Of a stretch of 64,000 nt of DNA, positions 27,504-37,213 are shown in pieces. This stretch comes from Deltaproteobacteria bacterium (GTDB lineage: Bacteria; Myxococcota_A; Polyangia; Polyangiales; Houyiibacteriaceae). A program made the translations under genes and the position numbers. How positions within the stretch are numbered: position 1 is the first letter of the stretch; each line of letters opens with the position of its first letter. The notes beneath the pieces are model-generated. The model was not told where the DNA came from. It was given only the letters and a program-made list of their open reading frames with translations, and did no database searches. The stretch spans positions 32,001 through 96,000 of the forward strand of contig JAXMNT010000021.1 in NCBI GenBank assembly GCA_034670305.1, read 5' to 3'.

Positions 27504-29264
27504 GTGACCACTCTGCGCGAGGTACTGAACGCGCCGGCGGACCTGACGGTACGGCGTGCGTACGGCGCCGCACTCGAGCAACAGAAGCAACCGCTCGGCC
27601 GGTTCATTCGACTGCAGTGCGACGCCGAACAAGCGGACGGTGACCCGTCTCGCGCCCTCGCGCGCGAGGCGTGGGATCTGGCACGTGACCACGAACGGGA
27701 ATGGCTCGCACCGCTGTTCGAGATTCCTTCGATTGGTGCGGTGCAACGCGGGCCACTCTTCACGCAGCGCCGCGGTCTGGTCGAACACCTCTGCGTCGAC
27801 GAAGAGATGGTCGGTGACTTTGACGCCATCTGTGAGAGGGCGCCCATCGTCAGCATCGAAGGACGGGTTCATCGTCACCGAGACGCATGGAGGATCCGCG
27901 ACCTGGCCGGGTCGAAACGCATCGAGCAGGTGCACAGCTTCCGGCTGAGCGAGCTCCACGCACCACTGCTCGTGGAGCTGGCGAAGCGCGCTCGCTCGCT
28001 CCGTTTGCGAGCGGTCCAGACCCACGTGGGTTCTCCAGCGGAACTCAATGATCTGATGGCGTGGGATGCGTTCGACGGCATCGAGTCCCTCGAGCTGCGC
28101 TGCGACCACACCGAGACGGCGTCGAAGCTCGCGCGCTGGATCGGCACCGACCCGCGCTTCGCCAAGTTGGACACGCTGGTGCTTGATGCGCCCCTCGGTA
28201 AGTCCGACGTCGCACTCCTCGCGGGGGCCAACTTTCCGAGACTTCGGCGATTCGCATTGCGGCGCGCGTTGCTTCGGACGGCAGCCACCCGCGTGCTCGC
28301 CAAGGCGTTATGGCTCCCGCAGTTGGAGTTCTTGGAGTTGAGTGGCTGCGCATTGGGCCAAGCAATCACCGACGTGGTGAAGGTGGCCTCTCGTGTCTCC
28401 ACGCTCGTGGTCGCGGGGCCTCGCGGGCTGAGCGCGAAGGCGATGCCGGCTCTTGTCGACGGGCTCGGTGGGTTGCCCTCGCTCCGTTCGCTTTGTATTC
28501 GCGACAACGTGCTTCGGCACAAAGCCGCCCATGCCTTGGCCGTGGGGGCGCAGTCCGTGCGGGGCCTGGAACACCTCGATCTCTCTGGGCTCGCGCTCCA
28601 AGACGCTGGGGTCAAGTGGTTCGCGACCGCGCGCTGGCCGAAGCTCGTGAGTCTGGATCTGAGCCGAAACGGAATCGGCCCGCCGGGGATGGATGGGCTC
28701 GCACAGAGCGGTTGTCTGGAGCGCGTTCGGTTCCTCAACCTCGCGACGAACAAGTTCCAGAACAAGGGCGCGTTGGCCCTTGCGGCCGCGCCCAAGCTCG
28801 CGCTCGAATCCCTCACCTTGGCGTTCAACTGGATGGGCAAGACCGGCGTGGCCGCGATCTTGAAGCACCCGGGTGTGTGTGGTCTGCGCGAGCTGCGGGC
28901 CGGGACCAACAACTACGCGGACGCGCCGCTGCTGGAACTCGCCAAGAGCTCACTTCGACTCGAGACGCTCATCGTCCGAGGCGTCAGTTCAGGATCGTTG
29001 CGCGCGTTCTGTGGGTCCGAAGCCGCCAAAGAACTGCGCCACTTTGACGCCAACTACGTCTCGGTGGACCGGGACGACGCCGCGGACACGGTCGATCATC
29101 TCAGCGCGGCGCCCAACCTTGGCAACGTCATCCGACTCCAAACCGGCTTCGGGTATCTGAGAGTCGGCGTGTTGGACCGACTTCACGCGCGGTTTGGCCA
29201 CCGAATCTTCGACCAGCGAGACGACCCAGAGCTGTCGGGTTTGCCGATGGAAGTCAGGATCTGA
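27504..29264 (+). CDS. TIGR02996-like N-terminal domain plus LRR protein (paralog 2)
   Basis: Colinear with 25687-27465 (VLNAPADLTVRRAYGAALE...FIRLQC; LNLATNKFQNKGAL); TATCTT 6 nt upstream of the GTG. Confidence 0.85.
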   Translation: MTTLREVLNAPADLTVRRAYGAALEQQKQPLGRFIRLQCDAEQADGDPSRALAREAWDLARDHEREWLAPLFEIPSIGAVQRGPLFTQRRGLVEHLCVDEEMVGDFDAICERAPIVSIEGRVHRHRDAWRIRDLAGSKRIEQVHSFRLSELHAPLLVELAKRARSLRLRAVQTHVGSPAELNDLMAWDAFDGIESLELRCDHTETASKLARWIGTDPRFAKLDTLVLDAPLGKSDVALLAGANFPRLRRFALRRALLRTAATRVLAKALWLPQLEFLELSGCALGQAITDVVKVASRVSTLVVAGPRGLSAKAMPALVDGLGGLPSLRSLCIRDNVLRHKAAHALAVGAQSVRGLEHLDLSGLALQDAGVKWFATARWPKLVSLDLSRNGIGPPGMDGLAQSGCLERVRFLNLATNKFQNKGALALAAAPKLALESLTLAFNWMGKTGVAAILKHPGVCGLRELRAGTNNYADAPLLELAKSSLRLETLIVRGVSSGSLRAFCGSEAAKELRHFDANYVSVDRDDAADTVDHLSAAPNLGNVIRLQTGFGYLRVGVLDRLHARFGHRIFDQRDDPELSGLPMEVRI

Positions 29265-29273
29265 GCGCGGGCG

Positions 29274-31412
29274 TCAGAAAGGCGTGAAGCCGCCGTCGTC
29301 GGTCCAGCGGTACCAGGTTCGTTCGTTGCCGCGGCGGACGCGGAGGACTCGACCTGGTTGTCGTTCGAGGGCGCGGTCGCGTGTGCCGCTGACGCCGTCG
29401 GAAGGATCTCGGCCGCCGGTCTGTAGGGTCGCGCGCCACACCGACTCGGTGGTGCCGAGCGGCCATGCCGTCCACGCGCGCGCCTCTCCGTCGCCGTGCA
29501 CGCTCGCAAAGAGGACCGTGCCTCCGGCCGGCGGGTTCTGCGTCTCGCTCAAGAAGGTCTCGTCGAGGTGGCCTTCGAAGGTGTGCGACCACATCTCGTC
29601 GCCTGCGACGCAATCCTCGCGCATCTCGTGCACTGCGACGAAGGTCCGTCGGTCGTCGTGGGCGGACATCAGGTAGACGTCGACCCGCGCGCCGCGCTCG
29701 AAGACGTGGGTGGCGGCGACCCGGAAGCTCGTGCGGATGGCGGCCGCCGCGTCGGCGTGCGCGGCCACGAGGCGCCGTGGGATCGCTACGCAGCCATCGT
29801 ACGGCGCGAGGTACGTGGACTTCGCCCACCCGCGGGCTTCCCGCGACACGACGAAGTGGGCCCACGCGTCTTCGTCGGTCGACGCCCCGTCGCTCGGCTG
29901 CCCATCCAGATCGCCTCGCAGCGCGACCACGACGGTGTCTTGGGGTACGACGTGGCCGAAACCCGCGTCGGCCTCGGGCCGCTCGCGGACATTCAAGCGC
30001 ACGGTGGTGCGCATCAGCTGCGGCGTCAGCCCCGAGACCGACTCGCCGGTGAAGCGCGCCCCGGTTCCGCCGAACTCGGTGGTCAGCGCGTCCGCCGCGT
30101 GTGCATCGACGTCGGGTGCTTCCGCGACGACGCTCCAACCCTCGTCCGTGGCGACGAAGCGCACCGGCACCGCCCGCTGCTCGGCCGGAAGCCGGCGCCA
30201 GATGACGGCCAGCTTGCTCAGGCTCTCCGAGCTGCCGAAGACGAGGGGCGCCACCGCGCTCGGCTCGGTGGGCTCGGTCGTCGGGCTGGGTGGGTCGTCG
30301 GTGGGTGCGCGCATGGCGCCCTGCGGTTCCGACTCGGACTCGGACACGACCAGGTAGGTGGCGACCCCTCCGCCGACGAGCATCAGGCAGACGAAGATGA
30401 TCAGCAGCTCTCGGGTCTTGCCGCGCGGTTTCGGCGCCGCGTGCTGCATCGAGGGAACCGCTGGCGCGCCGGCGGGAAGCGAAGGGGTGCCCTCGGCCGA
30501 CGGCTGTCCGAGTTCGGTTGGTCCGGTCCCGAAGTCGTCGGGCGGTCGCGCAGCCACGGCGGGCAGCGACACGTCGGTGAACGGCGCGAGCGACGCGGCG
30601 AAGGCGCGCATGTTCGGACGCGCGGCGGGGTCGAGCACGAGCGCGGCATGGACCGCTTCAGTGAGTGCGCGCGGCAAACTCGGCGCGACCTCGGCGAGCG
30701 GCGCGGGTGGTTCGGTGTGCAGCTGGATCGCAAGCGCGCCCATGCTCGTCGCATCGAACGGGCGGCGTCCGGACAGCGCTTCGTAGACGACGATCGCCAT
30801 CGACCAGACGTCGCTCGGGGGCCCGAGTTCGGAGCTGCCTTTGACCTGCTCCGGCGACATGTAGACCGGGGTCCCGATCGCCATGCCGGTCTGGGTGAGC
30901 CCGCCTTCTGCGGCCACCTTCGCGATGCCGAAGTCGAGCAGCTTCGGCACGGTCTGGCCTTGGACTTCCGCGAGGAAGATGTTCTCCGGTTTGAGGTCGC
31001 GGTGCACGATGCCGCGGTCGTGCGCGCACGCGAGCGCGTCCATGACCGGCAAGAGCCACGCGATCGCTTCGGCTGGTGAGACCGCCGCCCGGGCGAGGCG
31101 TTCGTCGAAGGGTTCGCCGGTGAGGAACTCGAGCACGAGGAAGAACGCGCCGTCGTCGGTCTCGCCCATGTCGAGCACATCGACGACGTTCGGGTGTTCG
31201 AGCGCGGCCGCGGTGCGCGCTTCGCGAAGGAACCGCTCGCGCACTTCCGCGTGCCCGGTCAGATGCGCGTGCAGCATCTTGACCGCGACCCGTCGGCCGG
31301 TGAGCTCGTGGGTGCCGGCGTAGACGACCCCGAAGCCGCCGGTGCCGAGCACCCGCTCGAGGCGCACCTTGCCCACCGTCTGACCAAGGCGGGGATCGTC
31401 GGCGTCCGTCAT
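29274..31412 (-). CDS. Membrane Ser/Thr protein kinase with an extracytoplasmic SH3b-like region
   Basis: LGTGGFGVV, VAVK, HRDLKPEN, DFG, GTPVYMSPEQ; TM LLIIFVCLMLVGGG; LNVRERP...W...GW. Confidence 0.92.
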   Translation of the reverse strand: MTDADDPRLGQTVGKVRLERVLGTGGFGVVYAGTHELTGRRVAVKMLHAHLTGHAEVRERFLREARTAAALEHPNVVDVLDMGETDDGAFFLVLEFLTGEPFDERLARAAVSPAEAIAWLLPVMDALACAHDRGIVHRDLKPENIFLAEVQGQTVPKLLDFGIAKVAAEGGLTQTGMAIGTPVYMSPEQVKGSSELGPPSDVWSMAIVVYEALSGRRPFDATSMGALAIQLHTEPPAPLAEVAPSLPRALTEAVHAALVLDPAARPNMRAFAASLAPFTDVSLPAVAARPPDDFGTGPTELGQPSAEGTPSLPAGAPAVPSMQHAAPKPRGKTRELLIIFVCLMLVGGGVATYLVVSESESEPQGAMRAPTDDPPSPTTEPTEPSAVAPLVFGSSESLSKLAVIWRRLPAEQRAVPVRFVATDEGWSVVAEAPDVDAHAADALTTEFGGTGARFTGESVSGLTPQLMRTTVRLNVRERPEADAGFGHVVPQDTVVVALRGDLDGQPSDGASTDEDAWAHFVVSREARGWAKSTYLAPYDGCVAIPRRLVAAHADAAAAIRTSFRVAATHVFERGARVDVYLMSAHDDRRTFVAVHEMREDCVAGDEMWSHTFEGHLDETFLSETQNPPAGGTVLFASVHGDGEARAWTAWPLGTTESVWRATLQTGGRDPSDGVSGTRDRALERQPGRVLRVRRGNERTWYRWTDDGGFTPF

Positions 31413-31461
31413 GCGACGCGAGGTTACCACCCCGACGGGAGCGGTCGCGCCGGCGCGCCGT

Positions 31462-33381
31462 CTACATGATCTTCAGGCCAAACGACTCGTCTTCGTAGAG
31501 GCGCTTGAAGATGTCCGCGTAGCGGGTCTCGATGTTCTTGCGTTTGACCTTGAGCGTCGGCGTGAGTTCGTCTTCGGCGACGCTGAGTTCGCGTTCGAGC
31601 AGGTGCACCTTCTTGATCGTCTCGACCTTGGCGAGTTTCGCGTTCGCTTTGCGGATCGACTCGGTGACCCGTGTTCGGAGCGCTTCGTCCGCGGTGACCT
31701 TCGCCATGAGGGCGTTCAGTCCCTCGGGCGTCGACAGCGGATCGGCGCGCAGCGCGGCCAAGAGCGCGTCGGCTTCTGCGCGGGTGCAGTGGCCGTGCTC
31801 CGCGCCCCACTCGACCGCTTCGCCCGGACCGATCGTCACGAGCGCGACGAGGTACGGCCGCTTGTCGCCGTGCGCGTGGGCTTGGCTGATGAGTGGGTCG
31901 GACGCTTTGACTTCGTTCTCGATGTTGGCCGGCGTGAGGTTCTTGCCGCCCGCAGTGATGATGATGTGCTTCTTCCGGTCCTTGATGAACAGGTAGCCGT
32001 CCCGATCGATCACGCCGATGTCGCCGGTGTGCAGCCAGCCGTCGACGATGGTCTTGGCGGTGGCTTCGGGGTTCTTGTAGTAGCCCTGGAAGACCATGTC
32101 GCCGCGCATGAGGATCTCGCCATCCTCCGCGATGCGGTGCTCCACATAGTCGAGCGCTTGGCCGACGCTTCCGAGTCGGACCTTGCCGGGCCGGTTCGCG
32201 TGCGTGACGACGGTCGCTTCGGTCATGCCGTAGACCTCGTAGATCGGCATGCCCGCGCCCCAGAAGAACTCCAGAATCTCCGGCGCGATGGGCGCGGCGC
32301 CGGTCGCGAAGTGCCGGACCCGGCCCCCGAACGCGTCGCGGATCTTGGAGAAGACGATCCTGTCGGCGGCGTGGTGTTGCATCCGGAGCTTGAGCGGCAC
32401 GCCTTCGCCGCGCTGCCAACGCTGCGCGACTTCGCGCGCGGTCTTCTCCGCCCAGTGGAAGATCTTCTGGCGGCGCGGCGCGGCCTTCTCGACCCCGGAT
32501 TGAATCGCGGCGTAGGCCTTCTCGAAGATGCGGGGCACGCTGCCGAACACCGTCGGCTTCGCTTCTTTCACTTCCTCGAGCACCTTCGGAATGCTGGTCG
32601 CGTAGTAGCAGGTCATGCCCGAATCGATGCGCCCGTAGAACCCGAGCACCCGCTCGGCGACATGCGCCATCGGCAAGAAACTGAACGTCACGTCGTCCGC
32701 GTCGAACACCGCCTGCTGGGCCTGGTTGCGCAGCACCGTCAGGATGTTGCGGTGGCTGATCATCGCGCCTTTGGGCGGGCCGGTCGTGCCGCTCGTGTAG
32801 ACGATGATCGCGGTGTCTTCGAGCTGGGTGTGGGCGACGCGTTCGTTGATCGCGTGGTCGTCGATCGCGCCTTCGATCGTCCGGTCCCAGCGGACGACGC
32901 CTGTCGCCTCGCCATCCCAGAGGATGATCTGCTCGAGTTTCGGGAGGGCGTCCTTCTTGGCCAGCACCTTTTCGAGATCGGCTTCGCCTTCGAGCACCAC
33001 GATCTTCACGTCGGCGTGGTCGAGAATGTACGCGAGCTGGTCGGCCGTCAGCGTCGGGTACGCGCCGAGGGTGATCGCGCCGGCGAGCTGTCCGCCGAGA
33101 TCCGCGATCGCCCACTCCGGCCGCGTGCTTCCGACGATGCACACCTTGTCGCCGCGCTGGACGCCGGAGCGGATCAAGTGACTCGCGAACCCGCGCGCCC
33201 GCTCGTGCAACTGCATCCAGCTCGTCGCCTGCCACCGCCCCCGGTGTTTGCGCCGGTACGCGATCCGGTGCCCGTCCCGACGGGCCCGCGCGATGAGCAA
33301 CCCTGCCACCGAATCGGCCTCGCGAGACACGTAGTACGGACGGGTGTGCGGGGTGTAGGGGAGGTCGAGAACAGCCTTCAT
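31462..33381 (-). CDS. fadD: Long-chain fatty acid-CoA ligase (AMP-binding)
   Basis: YTSGTTGPPKG, FLPMAHVAER, YGMTE, GWLHTGDIG, DRKKHIIITAGGKN, ELTPTLKVKR. Confidence 0.92.
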   Translation of the reverse strand: MKAVLDLPYTPHTRPYYVSREADSVAGLLIARARRDGHRIAYRRKHRGRWQATSWMQLHERARGFASHLIRSGVQRGDKVCIVGSTRPEWAIADLGGQLAGAITLGAYPTLTADQLAYILDHADVKIVVLEGEADLEKVLAKKDALPKLEQIILWDGEATGVVRWDRTIEGAIDDHAINERVAHTQLEDTAIIVYTSGTTGPPKGAMISHRNILTVLRNQAQQAVFDADDVTFSFLPMAHVAERVLGFYGRIDSGMTCYYATSIPKVLEEVKEAKPTVFGSVPRIFEKAYAAIQSGVEKAAPRRQKIFHWAEKTAREVAQRWQRGEGVPLKLRMQHHAADRIVFSKIRDAFGGRVRHFATGAAPIAPEILEFFWGAGMPIYEVYGMTEATVVTHANRPGKVRLGSVGQALDYVEHRIAEDGEILMRGDMVFQGYYKNPEATAKTIVDGWLHTGDIGVIDRDGYLFIKDRKKHIIITAGGKNLTPANIENEVKASDPLISQAHAHGDKRPYLVALVTIGPGEAVEWGAEHGHCTRAEADALLAALRADPLSTPEGLNALMAKVTADEALRTRVTESIRKANAKLAKVETIKKVHLLERELSVAEDELTPTLKVKRKNIETRYADIFKRLYEDESFGLKIM

Positions 33382-33444
33382 GCGGCAGACTCTACCGGAA
33401 ACGCGCTGACGGGTCGGCGAGGATGGACCCGGGGGCGGGACGTT

Positions 33445-33652
33445 GTCGCTGTGCTGTCTCTGCCGCTGTCTCCGCTGCCGCTGTCTCTGCCGCTGTCTCG
33501 GTCGCTGCCCTGTCGCTGGCGCTGCCGCTGCCGCTGCCGCTGCCGCTGCCGCTGTCTCTGTCTGTGTCTGTGTCGCTGCCGCTGTCTCTGTCTCTGTCGC
33601 TGTCGCTGCCCCAGTCTCTGCCGCTGCCGCTACCGCTGCCGCTGCCGCTGTC
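33445..33652. repeat. Hexamer tandem tract (GCTGCC/GCTGTC/TCTGTC)n
   Basis: Seen directly, intergenic. Confidence 0.9.
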
Positions 33653-33770
33653 TCGGACTCTCGCGGAGCGGCTCGGCGTGCCGGTCGAACCGGAGGACGA
33701 ATACGCCTTCTCGGTGGTTCTCCGCACGTTCGAAGCCGCCCGCGTCACGGCCCGAGACGCGGCCGACTGA

Positions 33771-33862
33771 CGCTTCGGCTTCGGCTTCGGCTTCGGCTTC
33801 GGCTTCGGCTTCGGCTTCGGCTTCCGCTTCCGCTTCCGCTTCGGCTTCCGCTTCCGCTTCCG
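33771..33862. repeat. Hexamer tandem tract (GGCTTC)n-(CGCTTC)n
   Basis: Seen directly; same core as elements A and C. Confidence 0.92.
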
Positions 33863-33877
33863 CGACCGCTGGTCCGC

Positions 33878-36049
33878 TCACGGGGTCTGGGTGAGTTGGT
33901 CGATCACGTCGCGTTGGGAGCGGATGAGGGTGTGGAGCAGGGCTTCGCTGTGTTGCAGCGCGTCGCGGTACTGGGTGTACTTGGTGTCGATTTGGCTGAA
34001 CTGCAGGCCGTTGCAGATGTGGTCGATGGTGCGGGCGGCTTGCAGCGCGGGCTGGGCGCCGCGGGGGCCGATGTTGCGCGCGGTGCGTTCGAGGCGGGCG
34101 TGTTCGGCGCTGTCGCACGGGAAGAGGCCGGGGGCGGTGACGCGCTGTTCGAGCGCATTGATCTGTTCGATCAGGGTGCGCCGGTCCGCGACGGAAAGAA
34201 CTTCGGTCGAGCGGGCTTCGAGGTCTTCGCGGGCGCGCCGGAAGCGCGCCGGGATGCCCGCGATGTCTGCGCTGGTTCGAGCGTTCGGGGAACGGTAGAA
34301 GCGCAGCGCGTCACAGAGGCTCGAGTGGGCGCGCTCGATGCGGGGTGCGATCGACCGGGTGCTGGCCTCGCCTTGGATCAGGGGCATGCCCGGCGGTCGG
34401 GCGCAGGTGCGCGGGACCGAGGGCGGTTGCACGAGCCCGTTTCGGTACGCGGTGATCTCGGGGATGGAGCGCTGGTACCGCGCGATGAGGGTGCGGGCGC
34501 GTTCGATGACCGGCCGGATCTCCGACGCCCGTTCACGCGACGCCCGCGCGAGGAGCTCGGTGGTGCTCGGAATCGGGCTCAGGGCTTCGCGGGTCTCGGC
34601 GGGCGCGATCTCGGACCGCTGCACCACGTCGGAAGGCGCTTCGCGCATGGTCGATGGGCGACGCTTCGTCGGGCGCATGGTCGACTCCGTCTCTCGGTCC
34701 GACTCGTCCACCGGGTCCGAGTCCGAGTCCGAGTCCGAGTCCGAGTCCGTTTCCGAGGGCGGAACTTCGGACGGCGCCAACTCGGTGTCCGACTCCGCGA
34801 CTTCGGTCGGCGGCTCGTGGGTCGGCGGCTGCGCCACCACGACCGGCGCGATGGGCTCTGGATCCGTGGAGCCCGCCGGCCGCGTCACGTAGATCCCCAC
34901 CGCCGCCGCACTCACGAGCACGACACCGAGCACGATCGTCAGGACCATCCACGGCCATTTCGCCGACTCCCCGGTGCGGGCACCGATCGGCGTCTGCGCA
35001 CCGACGGGCGCCTCCACCCCGAGCGGTGTGTCACCGAGCTGCCCGCGCGGAACCGCCGCCACGATGGGGGTCACCGCCGTGCCGGGCACGCCCGAAGCGG
35101 CGGCACGCGCCACCGCCACCGGGGTGACCTGGGTCGGCGGCACGGCTCCGCGCATCGGGGCCGCCTCCGTCATCGGCACGCCGCGGGTCGCGGACTCCAC
35201 TTCCATGCGCAGCATCGCGACGCTCGACTGCCGGTCGAGCGTCACCTTGGCGAGCGCACGTCGCAAGACGTCGTCGAGCGCCTGAGGCACGTGCGGCTGA
35301 AGATGCCGGACCGAAGGCGGCGGGTGGGTCAGCACCTTGGAGAGGATCGCGGTGAGCGTCGGGCCCTCGAAGGGCGGACGCGCGGTGAGGCACTCGAACA
35401 GGATGGCGCCGAGCGAATACACGTCGGTGCGCACGTCGACGTCGTAGCCCTGGGCTTGCTCGGGCGACATGTACATCGGCGTGCCCATGGTCGCGCCGCT
35501 CGCGGTGAGGCGCGACACCTCGGTGCTCTCCTTGAGGAACTTCGCGAGCCCGAAGTCGAGCAACACCGCGCGGTCGGGCGCGCCCGGTCGCTCCGCGAGG
35601 AACACGTTGGACGGTTTGAGGTCGCGGTGGAGGATGCCGCTCTCGTGCGCGCCGGTGAGCGCGTCGGCGATCTGATCGAAGAGGTGGAGCGCTTCGGCGA
35701 GCCCGAGCGGTCCGCGGCTGAGCCGCGTCGAGAGGTCCTCTCCCTGCAACCGGTCCATCACCAGGTACGCGATGCCGTCTTCGGTCACGTCGAAGTCGTG
35801 CACCGCGACGATGCTCGCGTGGCCGAGGCTCGCGAGCGCTTCGGCTTCACGCCGGAACCGTTTCAGCGCGGTCGGCTCGAGTGCTGCGTCCGGGAGGAGC
35901 ACTTTGACCGCGTAGAGCCGACCGGTGCGCACGTGCTCGCCTTCGTACACCGCACCGATGCCGCCCGCGCCCACGCGCTTGCCGATCCGGTAGCTCCCGA
36001 GCAGGCGGCCGACGATCGACCCGTCCTGGCTGTCTCGTTGGGCATCCAA
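33878..36049 (-). CDS. Membrane Ser/Thr protein kinase with an SD-repeat linker and helical C-terminal domain
   Basis: VGAGGIGAV, HRDLKPSN, DFG, GTPMYMSPEQ; TM WPWMVLTIVLGVVLVSAAAVGIY; DSDSDSDSD. Confidence 0.92.
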   Translation of the reverse strand: MDAQRDSQDGSIVGRLLGSYRIGKRVGAGGIGAVYEGEHVRTGRLYAVKVLLPDAALEPTALKRFRREAEALASLGHASIVAVHDFDVTEDGIAYLVMDRLQGEDLSTRLSRGPLGLAEALHLFDQIADALTGAHESGILHRDLKPSNVFLAERPGAPDRAVLLDFGLAKFLKESTEVSRLTASGATMGTPMYMSPEQAQGYDVDVRTDVYSLGAILFECLTARPPFEGPTLTAILSKVLTHPPPSVRHLQPHVPQALDDVLRRALAKVTLDRQSSVAMLRMEVESATRGVPMTEAAPMRGAVPPTQVTPVAVARAAASGVPGTAVTPIVAAVPRGQLGDTPLGVEAPVGAQTPIGARTGESAKWPWMVLTIVLGVVLVSAAAVGIYVTRPAGSTDPEPIAPVVVAQPPTHEPPTEVAESDTELAPSEVPPSETDSDSDSDSDSDPVDESDRETESTMRPTKRRPSTMREAPSDVVQRSEIAPAETREALSPIPSTTELLARASRERASEIRPVIERARTLIARYQRSIPEITAYRNGLVQPPSVPRTCARPPGMPLIQGEASTRSIAPRIERAHSSLCDALRFYRSPNARTSADIAGIPARFRRAREDLEARSTEVLSVADRRTLIEQINALEQRVTAPGLFPCDSAEHARLERTARNIGPRGAQPALQAARTIDHICNGLQFSQIDTKYTQYRDALQHSEALLHTLIRSQRDVIDQLTQTP

Positions 36050-36197
36050 GAGACGGAGAGTCTACCGCGTTCTGCGACGCGTGCCCGCACACCGCCCAGC
36101 TGGGTGAAACCTGTCGCTGTCTTCGGTTCCGGCGGGCACGACTCGCAGGCGAGACCAAGCGCAGGACTCGCAAACCCTGCCGCTCGCCTCGCAGAAC

Positions 36198-37175
36198 ATG
36201 CACCATCGGGCGATGGGCCGGAGGTATGTCTCGATCGTCACCGCACCCACCCACGCGAGGCTGTGGCCGTGGGTGGGGTGGACCCTTGTCGTCTGGACCC
36301 TGAGCACGCTCTTCGTGCTCTTCTTCATGCCCGGATTCGGCGGCAGCGGTGGGCCGTGGGTGCGCCTCCCGATCGCGGTGATGGCGGGCGCGTTCGCCAC
36401 GTTCTGGATCGTCGGCGTCTTCGGCACGATCATCGCGAACCTTCGAAGCGCCGGTCGCAAGAAGGCGCTCCAAGACGTGGTCTTGAAAGACGCGACCCTC
36501 ACCCTGACCGACCCGGTCGAGTGGAAGATTCGACTCCGCGAGCCGCACGACGCGGTGGTGGAGCTCTCCGGCACCCGAGCCGCGGTGTGTTTCCTTCGAC
36601 CGGACGAGGACGTGTGGATCCACTGCGACGTCTCGTCGGGCGCGTCCTTTCGCGGTGCGGGCGACCGGGTGCCGCTCCGCCGCGGCAGCGTGATGGGGTC
36701 GGCCGCGCGCAGCGTGGCGTTCGGGGAAGCGCTGCTGAAGTCGCTCGACGAACACCGCGACCGGAACAGCTTCCTCGTCTGCCAGGACAAGCTCCGCGGG
36801 TTCGGCGCGCGGCCCGCCGCCGTGCCCGACATCGTCCCGATCGATTCGGACGAGGAACGCGCCGGCACCCCTTACCGAGAGAGCGGCCGACCGGTCCCCG
36901 GCGACCCCGAGTTCGAGGCGTGGCTCGAGCGCGAGGGGCTCCGGCTGAGCTCGGCGATCGTGCTCTCGACCGAGCACCTGGTGGCGCGCTGCAACGACGG
37001 AGTGCGGCGGGCGTTTCCGTTGGGTCTGGTCGGGGTGGAGCGCCACCCGGATCGGCTGACGCTGCGCGTGACGCTGCCCGATGGGAGGCCGGTGGTGCAG
37101 TCGGTCACCGAACTCGACTGCGGCGTCCAGGAGGCGCTGGTGCGCTGGACCAAGGCGCTCGCCGCCGCTCGCTGA
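36198..37175 (+). CDS. Hypothetical membrane protein with two N-terminal TM helices
   Basis: Two hydrophobic segments followed by a soluble domain; start uncertain. Confidence 0.6.
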   Translation: MHHRAMGRRYVSIVTAPTHARLWPWVGWTLVVWTLSTLFVLFFMPGFGGSGGPWVRLPIAVMAGAFATFWIVGVFGTIIANLRSAGRKKALQDVVLKDATLTLTDPVEWKIRLREPHDAVVELSGTRAAVCFLRPDEDVWIHCDVSSGASFRGAGDRVPLRRGSVMGSAARSVAFGEALLKSLDEHRDRNSFLVCQDKLRGFGARPAAVPDIVPIDSDEERAGTPYRESGRPVPGDPEFEAWLEREGLRLSSAIVLSTEHLVARCNDGVRRAFPLGLVGVERHPDRLTLRVTLPDGRPVVQSVTELDCGVQEALVRWTKALAAAR

Positions 37176-37213
37176 GGTTGTGGAGAACGGCGGTTTCGCG
37201 TTAGGTCTGCGCC

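Noticed and set aside
25687-29264. Diversity-generating retroelement (TR/VR) between the LRR paralogs
   Set aside because: No reverse transcriptase in the window; differences span the whole gene and are not adenine-specific.
33443-37204. 1253-aa plus-strand ORF, and many similar long ORFs (e.g. 31411-33894, 39309-41993, 55351-58005, 83-952)
   Set aside because: Antisense or off-frame shadows of genes with clear motifs; Arg/Gly/Ala-rich translations expected in high-GC DNA.
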